The notes under the pieces: model-generated | Seen by the model: the letters and a program-made list of their open reading frames with translations, nothing else | Told to the model about the DNA's origin: nothing | Database searches by the model: none | Shown here: positions 55,156 through 64,000 of the stretch, piece after piece | Numbering within the stretch: the first letter of the stretch is position 1 | Layout of the letters: every line of letters starts with the position of its first letter | Program-made: the position numbers and the translations under genes | Source: Bacteroidota bacterium | Lineage (GTDB): Bacteria; Bacteroidota; Bacteroidia; NS11-12g; UBA955 | Length of the DNA stretch: 64,000 nt | Assembly: GCA_016868785.1 (NCBI GenBank) | Contig: VGFS01000002.1 | Coordinates: 26,380-90,379 of the forward strand | Direction: 5' to 3'

Positions 55156-58116
55156 ATGAAATCGATTTTTTCTTTGTTAATGGTTGTCCTGTGTGCATTT
55201 AGCGTGCAGGCCCAAGACGTTGTTGTGGGTTTGAATACGGCCACCACGGCGCAGTGGGAGGTCATCAGTTATGGCAATGACCCGTTGAAGGTGAGGCAAT
55301 ACACGTTTGCCAATGGGTTAACGCTGATCACATCGACACAGAAAAAATCGCCCCGCATTTACACCATGGTGGCGGTGAGAACGGGATCGAAGAACGACCC
55401 AGCGGACCACACGGGTTTGGCGCATTACTTGGAGCACATGTTGTTCAAGGGAACGGACAAATACGGCAGTTTGGACTGGGCCAAGGAGGCGCCGTTGTTA
55501 AAGCAAATCGACCAATTGTATGAAAAGTATAACCACAGCACAGTTCCTATCGCACGGAAATCGATTTACCGGGCCATTGATAGTGTGAGTCAGTTGGCGG
55601 CGAAGTTTGCGATTGCCAATGAATACGACAAAATGTGTCAGGCCATGGGCGCTCAGGGCACGAATGCGTTTACCAGCAACGATGAAACGGTGTACATCAA
55701 CGACATCCCATCGAACATGGTGAACAAGTGGATTGCTTTGGAGGCAGAGCGGTTCCGCAACCCTGTTCTGCGATTGTTTCACACGGAGTTGGAAGCGGTG
55801 TATGAGGAGAAAAACATTTCGTTGGATCGGGTGGGCGACAAAGTCTATGAGGTGATGATGGCGGATTTGTTCAAGAAGCACAATTATGGTTTGCAGACGA
55901 CCATCGGAACGGTGGAGCATTTGAAGAACCCCAGTTTGGAGGCCATTCGCAATTATTATAACGACTATTACGTGCCCAACAACATGGCGATCATCATGAG
56001 TGGTGATTTTGATCCGGATGCGGTGGCGCAGCAGGTATACGAGCAGTTTGGGTCTATGCAGCGCAAGGACGTTTACAACTATGTTTTTGAGTTGGAGACG
56101 CCGGTGAACCAGGAGCGTACGTACGAGTTGGTGGATCCTGAGGCGGAGTATGTGAATGTAGGTTTTCGCATTCCGAATGCGGGCACGGAGGAATCACGGG
56201 CCGCGAAGTTGATCGATTTGTTGCTGAGCAATTCCAAGGCGGGATTGATTGACGTGAATTTGGTGTTGAAGCAAAAGGTTTTATCGGCCTACAGCGGCGT
56301 GGAGCAACTGTCTGACTACGGCATTTTTTATCTTCAGGGATCGCCCAAGGAGGGACAAACGTTGGAGGAGGTAAAGGAATTGTTGCTGGGTGAGTTGGAG
56401 AAGATTCGCAAGGGCGAGTTTGATGCCAATTTGTTGAAGGCCATCATATTGAATAAGGAAATTGAGAAAATCAAGGCGTTTGACGAGAATGAAAGTCGTT
56501 GTTTCTTGCTGAAAGACGCGTTCATTCAGGGGTTGGATTATCGCGATAAGTTCAATGAAATCGCCATGATGAAGGAGATGTCGAAGGACTATTTGGTGGA
56601 TTTTGCCAATGTATTTTTGAACATGGACCGTGTGGTGGTTTACAAGCGCAAGGGGGAGAAGCCGGTATCGGAAAAAATTGAGAAACCTGCCATTCATCCG
56701 GTGGAGTTGAATCGAGACAAGCAGAGTGCGTTTGTGAAGAATTGGTTGGCGTTGCCATCGGAAAAAATCAATCCTGAGGTGGTGGATTTGAAAGCGGCCA
56801 TACAGCAGGAGTACGTAGGTCCAGCGGTGATGCGTTATGTGAAAAACACCGACAATCGCTTGTTTAATTTGTCGTACCGCTACGACTACGGCACTTGGCA
56901 CAACAAGGCGTTGGAGTTGTTGCAGGGTTACATTTCTTATGTTGGAACGGACGGGTACACTGCGGCGGAGATCAGTCAGGCGTTTTATCGTTGGGGCTGT
57001 AGTTTTGGCGCCACTGCGGGAACTGAGCATTTTGTGTTTGGGGTTGAAGGTCCGGAAGAAAACTTCGATTCTGCGGTTTGGCTGTTCGACCGGCTGATGA
57101 ACAATCCGAAGGTGGATGAGGTGGTTTTTGCATCGATGGTGGCGGATATTATTAAGTCTCGGGAGGATGCGAAATCAAATCCATCGGCCATTCGCAGTGC
57201 TTTGATGTCGTATGCGATGTACGGAGCCAACAATCCATCGAAGTGGGTGTTGAGCAATGCGGAGTTACAGAAAATGAAAGCGGAGGATGTGGTGAAATTG
57301 ATGAAGGGGATTAAGAACATCAAGCATACTATGGATTACTACGGGGCTCGGGATAGGGCGGGTGTGACAGCATCGTTGCGGTTGTATCACCAATTGCCGG
57401 CAGATCAAACGAAGCATGAATTGGCGTTTCAGCTAGATAAATCGAAGTCGGTGAGTCAATTGTTTGCAGAAAAGGAAGTAACGCAGCCGGTGGTATATTT
57501 CACCCATTACGATCAGGTGCAGGCGAGTATCAACTGGTATTCCAGGGGATCGGTGTTGAGCGAGGCGGAGTCGCCATTGGTATCGGCGTTCAACCAATAT
57601 TTTGGGGGTGATATGAGCAGTGTGGTTTTCCAGAACATCCGGGAGGCGAAGGCGTTGGCGTACAGTACTTATGCGGTTTACCGTGCGGCCGGTTATAAGG
57701 GGAAATACAATTCCATGGTCGGATTTGTGGGTACGCAGGCCGATAAATTTCACGATGCGGTTGGGGCGATGAATGAATTGTTGACCACGTTGCCGCAGAA
57801 TGCGGAGGTGTTTGAGTTGGCGAAGAAGAGTTTGGCGAACCAGGTAGAGACGAATCGGTTGGAGCGTTCGCGCTATATTTCATCGTTGGATGCGAATATG
57901 GATCGCGGGTTTTCAACGGTGGTACCGAATCTGGAGAACTACAAGAAGTTATCGACTTTGGGTATGGTTGACATCGCCAATTTCCACAAGGAAAGGGTGA
58001 GTGGCAAGCCGTATTCGTTGGTGGTTGTGGCTGACAGAAACCGGGTGAAGAAGGAGGATTTGTCGCGCTACGGCAAGGTAGTAGAGCTAAAGATTGAGGA
58101 TTTGTTCGGGTATTAA
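55156..58116 (+). CDS. M16 family (insulinase/PqqL-like) zinc peptidase
   Basis: Signal peptide from ATG 55156 (TATTTTTG at 55141), GLAHYLEHMLFKGT, NAFTS, YYVPNNM, IRE.KALAY. Confidence 0.94.
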   Translation: MKSIFSLLMVVLCAFSVQAQDVVVGLNTATTAQWEVISYGNDPLKVRQYTFANGLTLITSTQKKSPRIYTMVAVRTGSKNDPADHTGLAHYLEHMLFKGTDKYGSLDWAKEAPLLKQIDQLYEKYNHSTVPIARKSIYRAIDSVSQLAAKFAIANEYDKMCQAMGAQGTNAFTSNDETVYINDIPSNMVNKWIALEAERFRNPVLRLFHTELEAVYEEKNISLDRVGDKVYEVMMADLFKKHNYGLQTTIGTVEHLKNPSLEAIRNYYNDYYVPNNMAIIMSGDFDPDAVAQQVYEQFGSMQRKDVYNYVFELETPVNQERTYELVDPEAEYVNVGFRIPNAGTEESRAAKLIDLLLSNSKAGLIDVNLVLKQKVLSAYSGVEQLSDYGIFYLQGSPKEGQTLEEVKELLLGELEKIRKGEFDANLLKAIILNKEIEKIKAFDENESRCFLLKDAFIQGLDYRDKFNEIAMMKEMSKDYLVDFANVFLNMDRVVVYKRKGEKPVSEKIEKPAIHPVELNRDKQSAFVKNWLALPSEKINPEVVDLKAAIQQEYVGPAVMRYVKNTDNRLFNLSYRYDYGTWHNKALELLQGYISYVGTDGYTAAEISQAFYRWGCSFGATAGTEHFVFGVEGPEENFDSAVWLFDRLMNNPKVDEVVFASMVADIIKSREDAKSNPSAIRSALMSYAMYGANNPSKWVLSNAELQKMKAEDVVKLMKGIKNIKHTMDYYGARDRAGVTASLRLYHQLPADQTKHELAFQLDKSKSVSQLFAEKEVTQPVVYFTHYDQVQASINWYSRGSVLSEAESPLVSAFNQYFGGDMSSVVFQNIREAKALAYSTYAVYRAAGYKGKYNSMVGFVGTQADKFHDAVGAMNELLTTLPQNAEVFELAKKSLANQVETNRLERSRYISSLDANMDRGFSTVVPNLENYKKLSTLGMVDIANFHKERVSGKPYSLVVVADRNRVKKEDLSRYGKVVELKIEDLFGY

Positions 58117-58366
58117 TCGATGGCCAATTCGTGGTTTTTTAGCCCGAATTCATCGTATAGTTTTTGCAGACAATCGGCGGTGAAATGGGCTTTCATTGCC
58201 TCTAAATGTCTGGTATGGTGCATGTCTGTGCACGCAAAATCATTATTTTGTGAAAAGTGAGATCCGTTAAGTATCTGTGAATTTCGCCGAATAAATTTGG
58301 CTATTTGCGATTTTCGCCACATCTTTACCCATAATTTTGTTGAAATTTCACGAAAAATTAAACAAA

Positions 58367-59572
58367 ATGATGAAGAGCAAACAATTGACAGGACTGATTT
58401 TGGCTGGCTTAACGGGACTTACAATGTTGGGCATGGTGGCCTGTGATGGCGACAATCCCATCGGGGGTGTTGCGTTGAAAACGCCCAATTTGGCGAACGC
58501 GTCATCGTTTGATTACGAGTATGTTACGATGGTTAACGGCACTTCATTGAGCGTGAAGAATATGATTTTGGGCAGGTCGTTCAAGTTCACCAATGGATTT
58601 CCGGGCACAACGGGTAATATAGACACGGACATGCAGGAAGCGGCGATGACGTTTAGCAATGCCAGTGCGAAATTGGGTCGCGTTTTGTTTTACGACAAGC
58701 GCATGAGTTTGAACAACGCGGTTTCTTGTGGCAGTTGTCATCACCAGTCGTTGGGTTTCAGCGACCGCATGCCTGTGAGTGTAGGTTTCGGTGGCAAGGT
58801 TACGCGCAGAAACAGCATGAGCATCAATAACCCTGTAAGCTTTAATAATTTGTTTTGGGATTCACGAGCACAGTCGCCCATGGATTTGAGTTTACGTCCG
58901 GTATTCGACCACATCGAGATGGGTATGGAGTCTGACGAGATGTTGGAGAAGAAGTTGGCGGCCACGGATTTTTACGGTCCGTTGTTTCAGGAGGCTTTTG
59001 GATCTACGGAGATCACCCGCAGGAAGGTTTCTTTGGCGATGACTCATTTTGTTTCATCGATGGTAACGATGAATTCCAAGAACGACAAGGTGAATGAGGG
59101 ATTGGCGCAGTTCACGATGATGGAGAAGATGGGTCACGACTTGTTTTTCTCTGAGAGAGCGTCATGTTTTAAGTGTCACAGCGGCAGCAATTTCAGTGCA
59201 CCTGACGATCCAGGTGGGGCTTATGGTGCGCCCACGGTTGCGGGTACTGCCAATGTTGGATTGGATAAAACGTATGCCGACAATGGAAAGGGGAATGGTA
59301 ATTTCCGTATTCCAAGTTTGCGCAACATTGAGCTGAGTGCGCCATACATGCACGACGGTCGTTTTGGTACTTTGGAAAGTGTGATCGATCATTACAGTAG
59401 GGGCATACAGGCTCATCCTCATTTGGATGCCAATTTGAAGGATGACCGTGGCAATCCGAAGCGGATGAATTTCACGGCGGAAGAGAAGGATGCGTTGATT
59501 GCGTTTTTGCGCACATTGACGGATGTTTCTTTCATTAGCAATCCGAAGTATTCAGATCCGTTTGCCAATTAA
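58367..59572 (+). CDS. Di-haem cytochrome c peroxidase/MauG family lipoprotein
   Basis: Lipobox MVAC, LGR.LFYD.R.S, CGSCH, FWD.RA, P.....EMG, CFKCH, F..PSLRN....APYMHDGRF, L.AFL..LTD. Confidence 0.92.
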   Translation: MMKSKQLTGLILAGLTGLTMLGMVACDGDNPIGGVALKTPNLANASSFDYEYVTMVNGTSLSVKNMILGRSFKFTNGFPGTTGNIDTDMQEAAMTFSNASAKLGRVLFYDKRMSLNNAVSCGSCHHQSLGFSDRMPVSVGFGGKVTRRNSMSINNPVSFNNLFWDSRAQSPMDLSLRPVFDHIEMGMESDEMLEKKLAATDFYGPLFQEAFGSTEITRRKVSLAMTHFVSSMVTMNSKNDKVNEGLAQFTMMEKMGHDLFFSERASCFKCHSGSNFSAPDDPGGAYGAPTVAGTANVGLDKTYADNGKGNGNFRIPSLRNIELSAPYMHDGRFGTLESVIDHYSRGIQAHPHLDANLKDDRGNPKRMNFTAEEKDALIAFLRTLTDVSFISNPKYSDPFAN

Positions 59573-59622
59573 TTAGCGGGGGAGGTTATCCTTTTGGGGA
59601 TAATGCCTTCTTTTGCAGGTAG

Positions 59623-60672
59623 ATGATTACAGACAATTCCATTACGGTATTGATACCTTCTGGTGCAGGTGCACCCGGATTTGCGGGTATTTGTCGGTGT
59701 TTGCGCGAGGAATCTGCTTGGCGGATTGTGGCGGGCGATGTGAATGCGCATGCTTATGGCCGTCAGCTGTGTGATGTTTTTTTGGTGGTACCACCGAGCA
59801 GTGATGAGGGGGCTTATTTGGAGGTGGTGTTGGGGGCTTGTGTTGCGCATGCTGTGGATGTGGTGTTACCGATTACCACGAGGGAGTTGGATGTATTGTC
59901 GAGGGGCAGGTCGCAATTTGAGGCATTGGGGGTTACATTGATATTGAGCGGTGCCGAATCTATCGGCATTGCGAATGACAAGGGGTTATCGGCACGGCAG
60001 GCCCAAGCATTGGGGTTGCCGGTGCCGGCTTTTGAGGTGTGCGGGGATTGGCTTTCGTTTGAGCGCGCGGTGATTTCGTTGCAGGAACAGGGACTTGGGG
60101 TTTGTTTCAAGCCGGTTCGGGGCAATGGGAGTCGGGGTTTTGGGATTGTGGTAGAATCGGTGGAGTTGGGTGTTTTTTTATCGCGCAAGGCGGGGGTAGA
60201 GCCGATGACCTTGGACGAGTGGCGGAGGCGTTTACCGGAGCGTTTTGAAATTCCGATGATGGTTTGTGGGTATATGGAGGGACAGGAATATTCGGTAGAC
60301 ATGTTGTGTGCGGGGGGGAAGACGTTGTTTTGTGTGCCGAGAACGCGCGACAAAATGATTGGTGGGATTAGTGTGGCGGGCAAGTTGGACCGCAATTTTG
60401 GGTTGATTGCATTTTGCATTCGGTTGGCGCAGGCGTTGGAGCTTGAAGGTCCGATCGGGATGCAGTGGAAGGAGGATGCTGCGGGGGTACCGCATTTGAT
60501 AGAGATCAATCCTCGGTTGCAGGGCACCACATCGGTGTTGTTGTTGGCAGGGTTGAACATGCCGGTGGTTGCGGTGCGACAGGCGTTGGGGCTGCCTTTG
60601 GAGGCGAGCACGGCGGACATTGATTGGGGCAAGCGGTTTGTGCGGTTTTGGGACGAGCGATTGTTGGATTAA
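59623..60672 (+). CDS. ATP-grasp domain protein (polysaccharide-associated, CarB-like)
   Basis: GAGAPG, DK, KP..G.GSRG, EYSVD, PR.R, EINPR.QG. Confidence 0.85.
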   Translation: MITDNSITVLIPSGAGAPGFAGICRCLREESAWRIVAGDVNAHAYGRQLCDVFLVVPPSSDEGAYLEVVLGACVAHAVDVVLPITTRELDVLSRGRSQFEALGVTLILSGAESIGIANDKGLSARQAQALGLPVPAFEVCGDWLSFERAVISLQEQGLGVCFKPVRGNGSRGFGIVVESVELGVFLSRKAGVEPMTLDEWRRRLPERFEIPMMVCGYMEGQEYSVDMLCAGGKTLFCVPRTRDKMIGGISVAGKLDRNFGLIAFCIRLAQALELEGPIGMQWKEDAAGVPHLIEINPRLQGTTSVLLLAGLNMPVVAVRQALGLPLEASTADIDWGKRFVRFWDERLLD

Positions 60673-60718
60673 AATTGTGCTTGGGTAGTTTTGTGAATCT
60701 GAGTATCTTCGCAACATC

Positions 60719-60874
60719 ATGAATACTCAAAAGCGTAACACCAAAGGCTACTGGGCGCTCACTGTGATCAGTGGCTTGGCACTTACTTACCTTACGATTT
60801 TTCAACCTGAGGCTTTTTGGCTGGGTTTGCCTACTTTTTTTGGTGGGATTGCCATGGCCATGGATTGGGTTTAA
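60719..60874 (+). CDS. Small (51-aa) membrane protein, not in ORF track
   Basis: MNTQKRNTKGYWALTVISGLALTYLTIFQPEAFWLGLPTFFGGIAMAMDWV*. Helical-hairpin hydropathy. TATCTTCG promoter-like element just upstream. Confidence 0.7.
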   Translation: MNTQKRNTKGYWALTVISGLALTYLTIFQPEAFWLGLPTFFGGIAMAMDWV

Positions 60875-60943
60875 TCTTGGCTTTCATAACTTTTATTGTA
60901 TCATGGGGTAAAACTGCCCCATAAATTCATTTATTTGCATACG

Positions 60944-61906
60944 ATGGCAAATCAAAATTGGTTCGATTTCGAAAAAGACATAGTAGAGCTGATGGATCAG
61001 CTTGAAAAAGCCAAGGAAACCCACGAGATGGGTAAATTGGACATGACAGATATGATGGCCACCTTGGAGAACAAGATTGAGGAGGCCAAGCAGACGGTTT
61101 ACGGCAATTTATCGGGATGGCAGAAGGTTCAAATTAGCCGACATCCGGAGCGTCCGTACACTTTGGATTACATCGAAAACATCGCTACAGATTTCATCGA
61201 GTTGCATGGTGACAGGCAGGTGAAGGATGACAAGGCGATTGTGGGTGGATTTGCGAACATTGAGGGTAAGCCATTCATGATCATTGGGCAGCAGAAGGGC
61301 AGAAACACCAAACAGCGTCAGTTGCGCAATTTCGGTATGCCGAACCCAGAGGGGTATCGCAAGGCGTTGCGTTTGATGAAGTTGGCGGAGAAGTTCAATG
61401 TGCCGATTCTCACTTTGATTGATACGCCGGGTGCATCACCGGGTTTGGAGGCTGAGGAGAGGGGACAGGGCGAGGCCATTGCCAGAAACTTGTTGGAGAT
61501 GAGTGTGTTGAAAGTTCCGGTTATCTGTGTGGTGATTGGAGAGGGTGCCAGCGGCGGTGCTTTGGGCATCGGTGTGGGTGACAGGGTTTTGATGATGGAG
61601 TACACTTGGTACAGTGTGATTAGTCCGGAAAGTTGTTCAAGTATTTTGTGGCGCACTTGGGAGATGAAGGAGCGTGCGGCGGAGGCATTGAAGTTGTCGG
61701 CCACGGATATGTTACAAAACAAATTGGTAGACGGAATTGTATCGGAGCCATTGGGTGGTGCGCATCATGATCCACAGGCGGCCTATGACTCATTGAAGGC
61801 GGCGGTATTGCAGAGTTTGGGTGAGTTGGAGGGCATGGATCCGGAGGACAGAATTCAGGAGCGCATCGCAAAATTCTCTGCCATGGGAGTGGTTGTTGAC
61901 GCGTAA
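60944..61906 (+). CDS. accA: Acetyl-CoA carboxylase carboxyltransferase alpha subunit
   Basis: DFEK, RHP.RPY.LDYI, ELHGDR...[33 protein letters not shown]. Confidence 0.97.
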   Translation: MANQNWFDFEKDIVELMDQLEKAKETHEMGKLDMTDMMATLENKIEEAKQTVYGNLSGWQKVQISRHPERPYTLDYIENIATDFIELHGDRQVKDDKAIVGGFANIEGKPFMIIGQQKGRNTKQRQLRNFGMPNPEGYRKALRLMKLAEKFNVPILTLIDTPGASPGLEAEERGQGEAIARNLLEMSVLKVPVICVVIGEGASGGALGIGVGDRVLMMEYTWYSVISPESCSSILWRTWEMKERAAEALKLSATDMLQNKLVDGIVSEPLGGAHHDPQAAYDSLKAAVLQSLGELEGMDPEDRIQERIAKFSAMGVVVDA

Positions 61907-61927
61907 ACAAAGGTTTTTTCAGGGCCC

Positions 61928-62881
61928 ATGCAAACGAGGTTGAGCATTACGCAGTTGTTTGGGATAAAATACCCCATTGTTCAGGGGGGGATGATATGGT
62001 GCAGTGGCTGGGAGTTGGCCAGTGCGGTATCGAATGCGGGCGGTTTGGGATTGATTGGCAGTGGGAGCATGTATCCCGGGGTTTTGCGCGATCACATTCG
62101 CAAGTGCAAGCAGGCCACGGACAAGCCTTTTGGGGTGAATGTGCCGTTGTTGTATCCAGACATTGAGCAGCATTTGTCGATTTTGGTTGAGGAGGGGGTA
62201 AAAATTGTCTTTACGAGCGCTGGCAATCCGGCCAAGTATACGGGTTGGTTGAAGGAGCGCGGCTGTACGGTGGTGCATGTAGTTGCCAACACAAAATTTG
62301 CGAAGAAGTCTGAGGATGCGGGGGTGGACGCGATTGTGGCGGAGGGGTTTGAGGCGGGTGGACACAACGGCAGGGAGGAAACCACCACGATGTGTTTGAT
62401 TCCGTTGATTGTTGATTGTGTGTCGGTACCGGTGATTGCGGCGGGCGGCATTGGTTGTGGTCGGACGATGGCTGCGGCGATGTGTTTGGGTGCTTCGGGT
62501 GTTCAGGTAGGCAGTAGGTTTGCGGCGGCGGCGGAGAGCAGTGCGCATGCGTTGTTCAAGGAGCAGATTTTGTTGGCGGCTGAGGGTTCTACGGAGTTGA
62601 CCTTGAAGGAGATCACGCCGGTGCGGTTGTTAAAGAATCCTTTTTACCAATCGGTGATGGAGGCGTATGAGCGCGGGGCTGATGTGGAAGAATTGAAATT
62701 GTTATTGGGAAGGGGCCGAGCGAAGCGAGGCATGTTTGAGGGTGATATTGTGGATGGAGAATTGGAGATAGGACAGATCAGTGCAAGGATTAATCGCATT
62801 GAAACGGCGGCTGAAATAGTGGAAGATATGGTGAGTGGCTATCGGGCCATCGCAGAGAATCGTTCATTTTTTAATGATTAA
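61928..62881 (+). CDS. FabK-like enoyl-ACP reductase II / nitronate monooxygenase family
   Basis: PIVQGGM, AVSNAGGLG.IG, PFGVN, EG.EAGGH, PVIAAGGI, GVQ.G.RF, GQ. Follows accA. Confidence 0.9.
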   Translation: MQTRLSITQLFGIKYPIVQGGMIWCSGWELASAVSNAGGLGLIGSGSMYPGVLRDHIRKCKQATDKPFGVNVPLLYPDIEQHLSILVEEGVKIVFTSAGNPAKYTGWLKERGCTVVHVVANTKFAKKSEDAGVDAIVAEGFEAGGHNGREETTTMCLIPLIVDCVSVPVIAAGGIGCGRTMAAAMCLGASGVQVGSRFAAAAESSAHALFKEQILLAAEGSTELTLKEITPVRLLKNPFYQSVMEAYERGADVEELKLLLGRGRAKRGMFEGDIVDGELEIGQISARINRIETAAEIVEDMVSGYRAIAENRSFFND

Positions 62882-62886
62882 CACAA

Positions 62887-63429
62887 ATGGATGCAGAGAA
62901 CAAGCCTTGGAAAGTGATTTATTGCGCGAGCAGGCAGGAAAAGAAAGTATCGGCGTATTTTTCTCAGAGGTCAATTGAGCACTATTTGCCGTTGGTTAAC
63001 AAGTTAAGGGTATGGAGTGACAGGAAGAAGTGGGTAGAAATGCCACTGTTCAATGCTTATATTTTTGTTCGGCCAACTGAAATTCAGCGTGATTTGGTAT
63101 TGCAGGTTCCCGGTGTTGTGAAATTTTTACGTTGTAACGGTCAAGATGCATTGGTTCCTGAAAAGGAAGTATCATTGATACAACGATTGATTGAAAAAGG
63201 ATATCAGATTCAGCAGCAGGATATGTCGGTTCAATTAGAGCCTGGTGATTTGGTGCAAGTGTTGGACGGTCCTTTCAAAGGCGAGGAGGTTGAAGTCCAT
63301 TATTCCGAAGATGAGGTGTATGTAATAGTTTCTGTGGAGGGTTTATCCAGTAGCTATAAGGTGAATTTACCGCGGGAAGTATTAAAATTGAAGAAGAAAA
63401 GCAAAGACAGAGACAAAGCACTATGGTAG
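62887..63429 (+). CDS. upxY: UpxY/NusG-family transcription antiterminator
   Basis: W..IY...R.EKKV, YLPL....R.WSDRKK.V..PLF..Y.FV, PGVV.F, KOW G..V.V..GPF.G. Confidence 0.9.
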   Translation: MDAENKPWKVIYCASRQEKKVSAYFSQRSIEHYLPLVNKLRVWSDRKKWVEMPLFNAYIFVRPTEIQRDLVLQVPGVVKFLRCNGQDALVPEKEVSLIQRLIEKGYQIQQQDMSVQLEPGDLVQVLDGPFKGEEVEVHYSEDEVYVIVSVEGLSSSYKVNLPREVLKLKKKSKDRDKALW

Positions 63430-64000
63430 GAAACACAATATTATTGCTATCGCCGCACACGGATGATGCGGAATTGGGCTGTGGAGCTACCATTGCCAAG
63501 TTGATCAGACAGGGAAAGAAGGTGTATTATGCCGCTTTCAGTGCTTGCGAGCAGAGTGTGATTGAGGGGTTTCCGAAGGACATTCTCATCCATGAGGTGA
63601 GGGAGGCCACTGCGGCGTTGGGCATTTTGCCAGAGAATTTGTTTTTGTATCGTTATGAGGTAAGGACGTTCAACTACCGCAGGCAGGAGATTTTGGACGA
63701 TTTGATTCGGTTGCGCGAGGAATTGAAGCCCGATACGGTGATGATGCCTTGTTTGCACGACATCCATCAGGACCACAAGACCATGGCGGAGGAGGCGTTG
63801 CGGGCGTTCAAGTTTTGCAATGTGTTTTGTTATGAGTTGCCGTGGAACAATTTGAATTTTAATACAGCGTCGTTTGAGGTGGTGAGTGAGGAGGATGCGC
63901 AGGCGAAGGTGGCAGCTTTGTCGAAGTACCGCAGCCAAGCCCACCGGCCCTATGCCAACGAAGAATTTTTACGCAGTCAGTTGCGAATGCGCGGGGTTCA
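63423..64000 (+). CDS. PIG-L/LmbE family deacetylase (3' truncated by window edge)
   Basis: Hand translation from ATG 63423: MVGNTILLLSPHTDDAELGCGATIAK...D.HQDH...YELPWN...Y.SQ. Frame stays open to the window end. Confidence 0.9.
   Translation, partial: MVGNTILLLSPHTDDAELGCGATIAKLIRQGKKVYYAAFSACEQSVIEGFPKDILIHEVREATAALGILPENLFLYRYEVRTFNYRRQEILDDLIRLREELKPDTVMMPCLHDIHQDHKTMAEEALRAFKFCNVFCYELPWNNLNFNTASFEVVSEEDAQAKVAALSKYRSQAHRPYANEEFLRSQLRMRGV

Noticed and set aside
63447-63944. 165-aa minus-strand ORF at the window end
   Set aside because: It is the shadow of the plus-strand PIG-L deacetylase, which the track missed because its stop is outside the window.
1-64000. tRNA, rRNA, integrase/transposase, dif site or DnaA-box cluster
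   Set aside because: None was recognised on manual reading of intergenic gaps and ORFs. A covariance-model scan would be needed to exclude small RNAs.

Overview
Gene-dense chromosomal segment of a Bacteroidota bacterium. The assignment rests on SusC/SusD, GldH, a T9SS-type cargo protease, UpxY and recurrent TAnnTTTG -7 promoter elements. About 60 CDS are present, mostly housekeeping: yajC, coaE, nusB, fdx-iscX, galE, lpxK, rsmI, lnt, zapA-rny-coaX-lptC-pheT, rpoN, asnS, pyrE, coaD, rsmD, dut, folK, accA. There are also several exported peptidases (M43, S46, M1, M16) and scattered surface-polysaccharide genes. I found no rRNA, tRNA, CRISPR array or intact mobile element. The most unusual items are: (1) a DNA-damage exonuclease coupled to an ATP-dependent ligase homolog with its catalytic adenylation domain missing in frame; (2) a PiT phosphate transporter with a ~215-aa TM-domain-TM insert built from ~70-aa repeats, behind a Pho-box-like array and near a CAZyme-free SusC/D pair; (3) an unannotated 3' remnant of comM/yifB abutting ~220 bp of foreign-looking DNA; (4) an AsnRS with an ~80-aa coiled-coil insert; (5) divergent pyrE/NUDIX genes sharing one CATG; (6) a strong G+T bias of the + strand regardless of gene orientation. 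Product calls come from motif recognition and recalled family features, not database searches.
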